Positions 29,191 to 37,041 of a DNA stretch of 64,000 nucleotides are shown here, piece after piece. The position numbers and the translations under genes were made by a program. The notes below the pieces were generated by a model. The model was given only the letters and a program-made list of their open reading frames with translations. It ran no database searches and was not told the DNA's origin. The DNA comes from a virus (Duplodnaviria; Caudoviricetes): positions 1 to 64,000 of IMG/VR virus record IMGVR_UViG_3300007171_000004; one strand, written 5' to 3'. The stretch's first letter is position 1. The number at the start of each line of letters is the position of its first letter.

Positions 29191-29696
29191 ATTCAATTTA
29201 TAAAAGAGTGGATTTTTCAAAAGATCGATATGATAGATATGATACTATTGGAAAGCGATTAGGGCTTGCACTTCTTGATTTTTCATATTCAAACAACTCA
29301 AAGTTTATAATCCAACCTATTAATGAAAATAAATCTTGTGGAGACATTTCAGTTTTAAATTTAGAAACTAATAAATTAAAATGGTATGAAATCGAGGTCA
29401 GATCTTCCAAATATTTTCAATTAAATTTTAATAGATCATTTGATTCATTAGATATACCAATGAAAAAATTTTCTACAATCAAGGATGGAACTTACTTAGT
29501 TTTTGATGAGTCCGAAGAATATAATAAAATTCCTCATAGATTCATGAGTATAAAAGTAAATGATATTCTTGATATTGAGCCTTCAGCAAAAAGAACTAAA
29601 TTTAACACAGATAAGGATGAATATTTTTACAAAGTTTCCTATGAAAAGGTAAAATTTTGTAAATTCAATTCAGAGAAAAATAGATATGAGTTTTAA
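29187..29696 (+). CDS. Putative PD-(D/E)xK-like nuclease
   Basis: GDISV...WYEIEVRS spacing of acidic residues resembles the restriction-like fold. Confidence 0.4.
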   Translation: MNSIYKRVDFSKDRYDRYDTIGKRLGLALLDFSYSNNSKFIIQPINENKSCGDISVLNLETNKLKWYEIEVRSSKYFQLNFNRSFDSLDIPMKKFSTIKDGTYLVFDESEEYNKIPHRFMSIKVNDILDIEPSAKRTKFNTDKDEYFYKVSYEKVKFCKFNSEKNRYEF

Positions 29697-30078
29697 CGAA
29701 TACAACATAACAATTACCGATTATGCCAGAGATATCATCAAAGAAGCTGCTGCAGAGATTGATGAAGATTATTATTTAGCTTTTTATGTTAAAGGCGGAG
29801 GATGTTCTGGACTTGAATATGGCTTGGCTTTAGAAACAGGCGAGATTAGAATTGATGATATTGTCATTGAATCTAATGGAATTAAAATTGCCTTAGATTT
29901 TTATTCAAGGCAATACTTAGCTGGTTCTACAATTGATTATGAAGAGTCAGATATCAAGAAAGGATTTAAAATTGATAATCCAAATGCAAAATCTTCTTGT
30001 GGATGTAATAAATCATTCTCAGTTGGTGGTGATGAAGTAGGATCTTGTGGTTCTTGCGGATCCTGCGGAAGCAACTAA
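29686..30078 (+). CDS. iscA: A-type iron-sulfur cluster assembly protein (IscA/ErpA/HesB family)
   Basis: GGGCSGLEY and SSCGCNKSF motifs carry the three conserved Cys; extra GSC x3 tail. Confidence 0.9.
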   Translation: MSFNEYNITITDYARDIIKEAAAEIDEDYYLAFYVKGGGCSGLEYGLALETGEIRIDDIVIESNGIKIALDFYSRQYLAGSTIDYEESDIKKGFKIDNPNAKSSCGCNKSFSVGGDEVGSCGSCGSCGSN

Positions 30079-30081
30079 AAG

Positions 30082-30108
30082 AAAAAGCTCCCTTTCGGGA
30101 GCTTTTTT
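30082..30108. terminator. Bidirectional intrinsic terminator
   Basis: AAAAAGCTCCC-TTTC-GGGAGCTTTTTT between convergent genes. Confidence 0.9.
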
Positions 30109-30481
30109 ACATCATGTTTAGTCTATACTTTGTCTGATTTAAAATTGCAAGCATTTCATCTCTAATATTCAATAAATCTGTGTCTTTTTCAGAATCTAAT
30201 GAACTAGTGACATAATCTTGCAAATAAGAGATAAATTCATCAACAAAATCCATATGATCGTCCTTAAGATTTTGACAAATAACTGTAAAGTTTCCCTTAG
30301 CTAAAATTGCACCCTTTTTACCCTGATAAATCTCAATAAAATCGTCAATTAGTGGATCAAGTTCTTCATAAGCTGTTCCAAAAGCCATGTGTTGAGCATA
30401 ACTTCCAGGCTTCTTTTGTGTTTGCCAATGATAAACTCTCAATTGGTTCTGTAAAGTCAAAAAATTAGTTACAAAATTCAT
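30107..30481 (-). CDS. Dps/ferritin-like four-helix protein (phage DUF5856-like)
   Basis: HWQT...YAQHMAFG.AYEEL...IDDFIE and NIRDEM ferroxidase-type ligands. Confidence 0.75.
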   Translation of the reverse strand: MNFVTNFLTLQNQLRVYHWQTQKKPGSYAQHMAFGTAYEELDPLIDDFIEIYQGKKGAILAKGNFTVICQNLKDDHMDFVDEFISYLQDYVTSSLDSEKDTDLLNIRDEMLAILNQTKYRLNMM

Positions 30482-31170
30482 TTTTTTATTTCCTCATAAT
30501 TTTTACTAACTAACTTCCAATTGATAACCTTGAACCAATTAGTTAGATATTTTTCTCTATTATTCTGATATTTGAGATAATAAGCATGTTCCCATACGTC
30601 ACATCCCAATAAAGGTGTTCCGCATCCTGCAATATGTGGGTTCATTTGATTAGGCATTCCTGTAATCATCAACTTATTTTCATTATTTAAACAAAGCCAA
30701 ACCCATCCAGAACCAAATTGCTTTAAACCTTTATCAATAAACTCTTCTTTAAATTTCTGGAAACTACCAAAGTCTTTATCAATATCTTCTTTGAGTTTAC
30801 CTAGAGGTTCTTGATTCGTATCAGGGGACATTGTTACCCAGAAAAATGAGTGATTGAAATGTCCACCTGCATTATCTTTAAATTGTTCTCTTTGCTTTGC
30901 TGGAATCTGATCTAAGTCTTGTAATAATTCTACAAGAGTTTTATTTTTTAATGATTTTTTAGCATCTAGAACTTCCACCATCTTGTCAACATATTTTTGA
31001 TGATGTTTAGTGTGATGAACTCGCATTGTCGTGGAATCAATAACAGGCTCCAAGGCAGAATATGAGTAAGGAAGATCAGGCAGCTCAAACCCAAAATCTT
31101 CAATCTTTTCAATTTCTTTTTTCCCAGCAAGTTTAAGTAAATTTATATGGTTAGCAAAATAATCTCTCAT
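30478..31170 (-). CDS. sodA: Fe/Mn superoxide dismutase, probably Mn-type, with N-terminal extension
   Basis: LPDLPYSYSALEP, HHTKHH, NAGGHFNH, FGSGWVWL, DVWEHAYY. GGH plus NQ are the Mn-SOD-type signature. Confidence 0.9.
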   Translation of the reverse strand: MRDYFANHINLLKLAGKKEIEKIEDFGFELPDLPYSYSALEPVIDSTTMRVHHTKHHQKYVDKMVEVLDAKKSLKNKTLVELLQDLDQIPAKQREQFKDNAGGHFNHSFFWVTMSPDTNQEPLGKLKEDIDKDFGSFQKFKEEFIDKGLKQFGSGWVWLCLNNENKLMITGMPNQMNPHIAGCGTPLLGCDVWEHAYYLKYQNNREKYLTNWFKVINWKLVSKNYEEIKK

Positions 31171-31616
31171 CCTTTTTGAACTCCTATGGTTACTGGTCCG
31201 CCTTCAGGATCTGCCATTTGAGGAATTGTTAAACCTACAGTACCAGTTAAATTCACAGCAGCATTTAAGCCAGAATTAGGATTGACATTTCCAACACCAC
31301 ATGCAATAATTTGATCTACTGAAGGGTCATATCCATGTTCTCTCATCCAATTTGCGAGTTCATTTTCGGATACTGAATTACCGCCTCCGACATCAAAGTA
31401 TTGTTTACCATCTTGAAAAACACCATGTAACACTAAGAACTTTTTACCGTCTGTTGTAGTAAATTCTAATGGATTATGGGATTGTAGAGATTGCTGGATC
31501 TTAGTTGCAGTAGGAAAGTCAACTTGAAACCCAGATCCTTCCATTATAGAGCTTGGCTTGTTCTCTAAGGCAATGTTTTGAGTTGGAGCTAAAGATTTTG
31601 AAATTTTATACCACAT
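31167..31616 (-). CDS. Hypothetical protein with MWYK leader
   Basis: MWYKISKS start; coupled to the SOD gene by an ATGA-type overlap. Confidence 0.6.
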   Translation of the reverse strand: MWYKISKSLAPTQNIALENKPSSIMEGSGFQVDFPTATKIQQSLQSHNPLEFTTTDGKKFLVLHGVFQDGKQYFDVGGGNSVSENELANWMREHGYDPSVDQIIACGVGNVNPNSGLNAAVNLTGTVGLTIPQMADPEGGPVTIGVQKG

Positions 31617-31652
31617 ACCTTATTTTTACATTTTTAGGTTCGTGGATTCCTC

Positions 31653-31661
31653 TGGTATAAT
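31653..31661 (+). promoter_or_regulatory. Extended -10 promoter (TG-G-TATAAT) 6 nt upstream of the trxB ATG
   Basis: TGGTATAAT at 31653-31661, ATG at 31668, no SD in between. Confidence 0.55.
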
Positions 31662-31667
31662 ATAGTT

Positions 31668-32576
31668 ATGAATAATGTAGCTATCATTGGTAGTGGACCT
31701 GCGGGATATACAGCTGCCATTTACACATCAAGGGCTAATTTACACCCTCATCTCTATACTGGCTTTCTTAGTGGTGGACAACTTATGAATACCACTCTTG
31801 TTGAAAACTATCCGGGATTTAGCAAAGGAATTCAAGGACCTGATTTAATGCAAGAAATGGAAAAACAAGCATTAGAATTTGGAACTACATTCTTTTGTTC
31901 TGAAGTTGTTAAAATCGATAAAGAAAAGGACCATTTTGTAGTATCTGATGGGCAAGAAACACAAGAATATAAAGCAATCATTTATGCTACAGGTGCTTCT
32001 CCAAAGTGGCTTAATGTCCCAGGAGAAATGGATTACTTAGGTCGTGGTGTAACTTCATGTGCTACTTGTGATGGTTTTTTCTACAAGGGTAAGCAAGTGG
32101 TAGTAGTTGGTGCTGGCGATACTGCTATGGAAGAAGCACTATATTTAAGTAAAATTTGTTCTTCAGTTCAGTTGCTAAATCGTTCTTCATCTTATAAGGC
32201 ATCAAAGATTATGGTAGATAAGGTTTTTAAGACAGAAAATATCACTGTGCATGAAAACACTTCTATCAGACAAATTATTGGAGATGATAAAGTTAATGCA
32301 GTTATTCTTCATAATAACGTTTCTGATACTGAATCTCTATTATCTACAAGTGGTGTTTTTGTAGCTATTGGAAATACACCTAATAGTAATCTTGTGAAGC
32401 ATCTTGGAATTGTAGGAGTAGATGGATATATTGATTCATGCAATACTACTACAGCTTTAAAGGGATTTTTTGCTGCTGGAGATGTTACTGATAGGCATTA
32501 TAAGCAAGCTATCACATCGGCAGGATCAGGTTGTATGGCAGCTTTAGAGGCAGAGAGATATATTAATTCTCTTTAA
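31668..32576 (+). CDS. trxB: Thioredoxin-disulfide reductase
   Basis: GSGPAGYTAA FAD motif, CATCDG redox centre, VVGAGDTAMEEA, FAAGDV...QAITSAG.G. Confidence 0.93.
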   Translation: MNNVAIIGSGPAGYTAAIYTSRANLHPHLYTGFLSGGQLMNTTLVENYPGFSKGIQGPDLMQEMEKQALEFGTTFFCSEVVKIDKEKDHFVVSDGQETQEYKAIIYATGASPKWLNVPGEMDYLGRGVTSCATCDGFFYKGKQVVVVGAGDTAMEEALYLSKICSSVQLLNRSSSYKASKIMVDKVFKTENITVHENTSIRQIIGDDKVNAVILHNNVSDTESLLSTSGVFVAIGNTPNSNLVKHLGIVGVDGYIDSCNTTTALKGFFAAGDVTDRHYKQAITSAGSGCMAALEAERYINSL

Positions 32577-33102
32577 ACCATACAACTAGATATTCTTCCT
32601 CTAAACATGAGATTGCTAAGTTTTCTAATTGTAAAAGAATTTCCACGACTTCTTGATTAGTGCCAAATAAATCTTCTGTTATTAGGATTGTTGAATTAAG
32701 TTTTTGTTCAAACTTTTCTGGGTGCATTTTTCCTTCGAGAGATAACCCCATTTGTTTTAAGATATCTGAAGCTACAAAAGGATCTACTTCAACTTTAAGA
32801 TAGTCTGTTAATGGTTTATATTTAGTAAGTGTGATAACTAAAATTTCATAGTCTTCATCATCGTAGAGATGAAATTTTTTAAACTCACCTTGATCCAAAT
32901 TTACGTTGAAACCAAAATCTTTTAAAAACATTCCCCAATAACTTAATGGCATAGGAAATGGGAATTCAGATTTTAAAAACTTCATTAAATTTTCAGGAAT
33001 TTTAGCGTTTGAATTTAAAATCTTATATGTCATGATCCAGGTTGTATTTTCAAATTCTTTTTTCTTATCAAATACCTGGGCTTTGAATACTATTTTTGCC
33101 AT
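32563..33102 (-). CDS. Hypothetical protein
   Basis: 179-aa ORF convergent with trxB. Confidence 0.55.
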   Translation of the reverse strand: MAKIVFKAQVFDKKKEFENTTWIMTYKILNSNAKIPENLMKFLKSEFPFPMPLSYWGMFLKDFGFNVNLDQGEFKKFHLYDDEDYEILVITLTKYKPLTDYLKVEVDPFVASDILKQMGLSLEGKMHPEKFEQKLNSTILITEDLFGTNQEVVEILLQLENLAISCLEEEYLVVWFKEN

Positions 33103-33113
33103 GGGATATAGTA

Positions 33114-33146
33114 AACCCCCCTAAGAAATTAATCCTAGAGGGGTGT
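33114..33146 (-). terminator. Possible weak hairpin terminator after 33153..33686
   Basis: Minus strand ACCCCTCTAGGA-TTAATT-TCTTAGGGGGGT with G-U pairs and only a short U tract. Confidence 0.35.
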
Positions 33147-33152
33147 CTTTCG

Positions 33153-33686
33153 TTAAGGTTTATAAAGCTCTACGAATCTTACAAGGAAAGCTCTCATTGC
33201 AAGAAGATTTGGCTTACTTGACATTGCTTTAAGTTCTGTCATAGCCTTGAAATACAAATCAGACTTAAATGCTTGAAGAACATTGCTAGTAATTTCTTCT
33301 GATGTTGGAGCTTCTACAGGTTTAACTTCTGCAAGAGCTTCATCAATCATTTTTGTAACTTCTGCATCTTCTTCGGTGTCATATTCCTTAATTGCATGTT
33401 GAACATAATCAGATACAAATTCCTTAGTTGCTGCCTCTGTACGAACAACATGAACAATCATATCTAACATTTCTTGTCGCATGTTATCATAAGGTGCTGG
33501 ATCAATAATTGCTGGCTTTTGATCAATCATATCCTTAACTTGCTCATATGAAAGACCCTTAGGAGCTTCAGCAATCATTTGGCTCACTTTTTGCATATGA
33601 GCTTCAAGAATTTTGTTTACATCCTCTTTAGTATAGAATTCAACTTCAGGCTCACTACTACGATTAAATAAATTAAAAAGACCCAT
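33153..33686 (-). CDS. Hypothetical helical protein
   Basis: 177-aa ORF coupled to the upstream gene through TAATG. Confidence 0.6.
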   Translation of the reverse strand: MGLFNLFNRSSEPEVEFYTKEDVNKILEAHMQKVSQMIAEAPKGLSYEQVKDMIDQKPAIIDPAPYDNMRQEMLDMIVHVVRTEAATKEFVSDYVQHAIKEYDTEEDAEVTKMIDEALAEVKPVEAPTSEEITSNVLQAFKSDLYFKAMTELKAMSSKPNLLAMRAFLVRFVELYKP

Positions 33687-34159
33687 TAAAATCTTCTCCC
33701 TCCATTCATATTACCTCCAAAACGTGTGCCTTGATTAATAAAAAGAATTTGACCAAGAACAGATTGTAAGTCAAATGGATCAATGTGGTTCAATCTAATA
33801 ATCTGAAATGAATTTGTTTTTGGATTTTCAGGAATAGGATCAGGACCAGCAGTTTGAGGGATAGGTGTGATGATTCTCTGCTTTACAATCCATACATCAT
33901 TTTCTTTAATATAGGTGAGAGGAATTGTAGCAGCTCTCATGACAAGTTTAAGAGAATTTTCAAAAGGCTGATCTTCTAATTTCATTGTTACAAAACCAGC
34001 TACAGTATTTTCGATAACATAATTTTTGATTCCAGCTTGTTTGAACATCATCTCTAAAGTTGTTCTCACTGGTGCATCTTTTAAATCTACAGAAATATTT
34101 TGAGCGAAAGAAGAAGCTGCTAAAAAGAAGAAACAAAAGGATAGGATTAATTTTTTCAT
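33686..34159 (-). CDS. Secreted secretin-N0/STN-domain protein
   Basis: Signal peptide ...AASSFA|Q; ISVDLKDAPVRTTLEMMF...V.GFVTMKLEDQPFENSLKLV...LTY..ENDVWIV is an STN/N0 pattern, followed by an IRLNHIDP N1-like start. Confidence 0.75.
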   Translation of the reverse strand: MKKLILSFCFFFLAASSFAQNISVDLKDAPVRTTLEMMFKQAGIKNYVIENTVAGFVTMKLEDQPFENSLKLVMRAATIPLTYIKENDVWIVKQRIITPIPQTAGPDPIPENPKTNSFQIIRLNHIDPFDLQSVLGQILFINQGTRFGGNMNGGRRF

Positions 34160-34488
34160 GGTTTTTTGTCCTTAAGAATTACTGTTACAAAATCTTTCTT
34201 TTCAGTAAATTTAAATTCAACATTATAAAACATAGATAGTAAATTTACAGATTGATCTACTGTCTTATTCTTGAATTGGAAGTTCTTTCTCTCCATCTTT
34301 TCAATCTTTTCGTCAATGTAAAAATCTGTAATATTCGCTTGCTTAAAAAAACCTTCAATGACTCCAGTAGCATTTCTATAATAATTGGAAGAAATTGATA
34401 CTAGGATTTCCTTCTTTGGTTTTTGATCCTGAGAAAACACTGGAGAAGAAACGATTAAAAAGAGAGCAATAATAGATAAAAATTTCAT
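34156..34488 (-). CDS. Secreted protein, possible degenerate STN-like paralog
   Basis: Signal peptide ...SPVFS|Q; IEGFFKQANITDFYIDEKI parallels LEMMFKQAGIKNYVIENTV of the adjacent gene. Confidence 0.55.
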   Translation of the reverse strand: MKFLSIIALFLIVSSPVFSQDQKPKKEILVSISSNYYRNATGVIEGFFKQANITDFYIDEKIEKMERKNFQFKNKTVDQSVNLLSMFYNVEFKFTEKKDFVTVILKDKKP

Positions 34489-34567
34489 AATTTTTCCTTA
34501 AACCTATAACTAGATAATAGGCTTGTACAAGAGGATTAGACCGTTTAAAATAAAAAGGCTTCATAAA

Positions 34568-34915
34568 ATGCATGTGTCAGATTTAGATTCAAAAATATAT
34601 GGCGAGAAATTAGTGAAGAAGATTTTGAGTAGTGAAATTGATATAAATAATTTGATTATCGAACCTAAATCTTTAGCATTATTTGAAAAAACACAATCTG
34701 GAATATTAAAGTTCCATGGCTGTTCTTTATGTTTCAATTCACAGGTTACATTAAACTCTTTGGGAAAACCTATGATAGATGATGAAGAATTGTTAGGTTC
34801 TGAAAATGTACCTGAAACAGAAATTTTGTCAGATCAGATAAGAATTAATATGTGGTTCTGTCCTAAATGCAACAATCTTATAGAATCTTTAATGCCAGAA
34901 AGCTTGAGGAAATAA
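34568..34915 (+). CDS. Hypothetical zinc-binding protein (CxxC...CPKC); start probably the ATG at 34568
   Basis: CSLC and CPKC pairs; the TTG at 34523 lies within the intergenic palindrome. Confidence 0.55.
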   Translation: MHVSDLDSKIYGEKLVKKILSSEIDINNLIIEPKSLALFEKTQSGILKFHGCSLCFNSQVTLNSLGKPMIDDEELLGSENVPETEILSDQIRINMWFCPKCNNLIESLMPESLRK

Positions 34916-35344
34916 ATGTCAGCTTACAAAAAAATAGAATGTGAATTTAAAGATCGTGAAACTCTTTTAGAAGCTTTAGATTTTTTAGAATTAGATTATA
35001 GACAATATGATAATCCAGAGAATCTTAAAGGCTGGAAAAATGATATTAGAAATGAAAAAGCTCATATCATTGTGCCTAAAGAAACATTAAATAAATTTCT
35101 CACAGGAGCTTCTAATGATCTTGGATTTTTATGGAACGAAGAAGAGAAAAGATTTGAGATGATTTGTTCTCAATATGATCAATCCAAGAATGTTGACAAG
35201 AAAATTATTCAATCATATGCGAAATCGGCTATGGAAAAAGTGCTTAAAGAAAATGGATTTAAGACAAAAGTTTCAATTCGCAAAGAAGATTTATTGAGCA
35301 AGAAAATGCAAGAATTAAAAATGACTGTGAGAAAAATTGTATGA
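34916..35344 (+). CDS. DUF1257 (Ycf35-like) family protein
   Basis: MS.Y..IE..FKD...L.EAL...NDLGF......FE.I...YD...Q.YA pattern. Confidence 0.7.
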   Translation: MSAYKKIECEFKDRETLLEALDFLELDYRQYDNPENLKGWKNDIRNEKAHIIVPKETLNKFLTGASNDLGFLWNEEEKRFEMICSQYDQSKNVDKKIIQSYAKSAMEKVLKENGFKTKVSIRKEDLLSKKMQELKMTVRKIV

Positions 35345-35547
35345 AAGAGGTAGACTTAGAAATAACAATCCTTGAAAATGGAGAAATCAAAATTGTTCCT
35401 AAGGGTACAGCTGGCAAGGAATGTTTAGATATCATGGCTTTTTTAGATAAAGTGCCTGGATTAACTGTCAAGGAAACCACCCCTAATAAAGACATGAATA
35501 AGATTAACCCACAAACAGCTGTACAAATTCAAAATAGGAGAAAATAG
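35341..35547 (+). CDS. DUF2997 family protein
   Basis: EITI..NGEI.....G..GKEC pattern; adjacent to DUF1257 as usual. Confidence 0.7.
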   Translation: MKEVDLEITILENGEIKIVPKGTAGKECLDIMAFLDKVPGLTVKETTPNKDMNKINPQTAVQIQNRRK

Positions 35548-36162
35548 ATGAATAAAGTTAAAGAATTTGCATGGAAATTATTGTCTACAGATAAGTTCAA
35601 TGATTTCTCTGCTTTAGCTGTAAAATCCCCTGGTCCTGTTGCAAGAAGAGCTGCTGAAGATTGTCAAAGAGATGATGTTTTAGCTGTTCGTGAAGAAGGT
35701 AACAATAGAGGCAGATGGGTTTTGGAATATCTTAAATCTGTATTCCTTGGACCGGGAAATCCTTGGTGTCAAGCTTTTGTTGTTTATAGATTAATTAAGG
35801 CTGCACATGCATTAATCATTAACATTCCCAAAGAATTTCCTCGCACTGGATCTTGCACCGTATCTGTAAAATGGGCTCAATCTGCTGGACATTTTATTCC
35901 AAGAGCTGATATTGAATTAAAAAGAACTAAGGTGCAGGTGGGAGATATTGCTTATTTCTGGTTCCCTAATCTTGGTCGTTGGGGTCACACTGGAATTGTT
36001 GTAGAAGTTAAACCTGATGGATCTTTTGTAACTGTCGAAGGAAACACTGGCCCATCTCCGTCCTCTGAAGATGTTGTTAGAGAAGGACAAGGCGTTTATT
36101 TGAAGTCTCGTACTCTTAAAAGCCTTGGAGTTCTTGGTGGTTTCATGCGTCTTCCATATTAA
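35548..36162 (+). CDS. CHAP-domain amidase/peptidase (putative endolysin)
   Basis: EEGNNRG...GNPWCQAFV (catalytic Cys); GHTGIV...VTVEGNT (catalytic His/Glu). Confidence 0.85.
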   Translation: MNKVKEFAWKLLSTDKFNDFSALAVKSPGPVARRAAEDCQRDDVLAVREEGNNRGRWVLEYLKSVFLGPGNPWCQAFVVYRLIKAAHALIINIPKEFPRTGSCTVSVKWAQSAGHFIPRADIELKRTKVQVGDIAYFWFPNLGRWGHTGIVVEVKPDGSFVTVEGNTGPSPSSEDVVREGQGVYLKSRTLKSLGVLGGFMRLPY

Positions 36163-36973
36163 AATACAAGATTTCTTCCTTATTCTTATCTAAAGGCTTG
36201 GCTAAAACCAGGCCTTTTTTATTTACTATTTCAGAAGAACCCCTAAAATATAATCCTGGAAATAACCATCCACAACAATAAGGTCTTAAAATTGGAACAT
36301 TATTTTCTTTAGCTCTGTCTCTATGTGGGGTTTCTTTAGATTCGTCAAAAGGATACCAAGGAAATAATCTAAATCCATTACTAGGAACAAGAATAACTTC
36401 AGCCCCATTCTCAACAAGATCTTTAATATATTGAGGATCATTTACATCAAAACAAATAGCTAATCCGACTTTTGTATCATCAATTAAAACAGGTACAGGA
36501 TTATAAACACCCTTAACACCCCAAGCTTTTTCTATACCAACAAGCTTATATTTAAATCGCTTTTCAACTAAATTTCCATCTCTATCATAAAAAGAACAAA
36601 CATTATATAATTTATTGTCAATCTTTTCATAATAAGATCCTGAACAGATATTAATATTATATTCTTTAGATAATTTAGAAAATGCTGATTCTATAATATC
36701 TTTTTGATTCTTTGTAGCAATTAAAGATGTCATCCAAGAAAGATTAAATTTTGTTATTAAGAATTCAAATGCATGTTCTAAGACAGGTTTGATACTTTTT
36801 ATCCCAAATTTATCATATTTTGTCCATAAAACACATAAGTTAATATCTTCTGGAAATACAATAAGATCAGATTGCTTTTCTTTTGCTTGTTCCACTAGAT
36901 TTTCCATGTGTTTATAAAAATCAGAATAATTGATATATTGATTTAAATTTAATTGAACGATAGCTATTTTCAT
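36143..36973 (-). CDS. Carbon-nitrogen hydrolase (nitrilase superfamily)
   Basis: IAIVQL, LIVFPE (Glu), KYKL (Lys), LAICFD (Cys) catalytic triad. Confidence 0.85.
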   Translation of the reverse strand: MKIAIVQLNLNQYINYSDFYKHMENLVEQAKEKQSDLIVFPEDINLCVLWTKYDKFGIKSIKPVLEHAFEFLITKFNLSWMTSLIATKNQKDIIESAFSKLSKEYNINICSGSYYEKIDNKLYNVCSFYDRDGNLVEKRFKYKLVGIEKAWGVKGVYNPVPVLIDDTKVGLAICFDVNDPQYIKDLVENGAEVILVPSNGFRLFPWYPFDESKETPHRDRAKENNVPILRPYCCGWLFPGLYFRGSSEIVNKKGLVLAKPLDKNKEEILYFNMEDA

Positions 36974-37041
36974 ATAGATTTAATTCAAAGAAGATGTTAG
37001 ACAAACTTTGTAGAAATATTAATATTACAGGAGATTTTATT

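Noticed and set aside
29686-36973. Interpreting the window as bacterial chromosome because of trxB, sod, iscA, clpX and the nitrilase
   Set aside because: These genes are interspersed among virion structural genes and phage-type hypotheticals with uniform composition and no housekeeping operon context, which fits a large phage with auxiliary genes.
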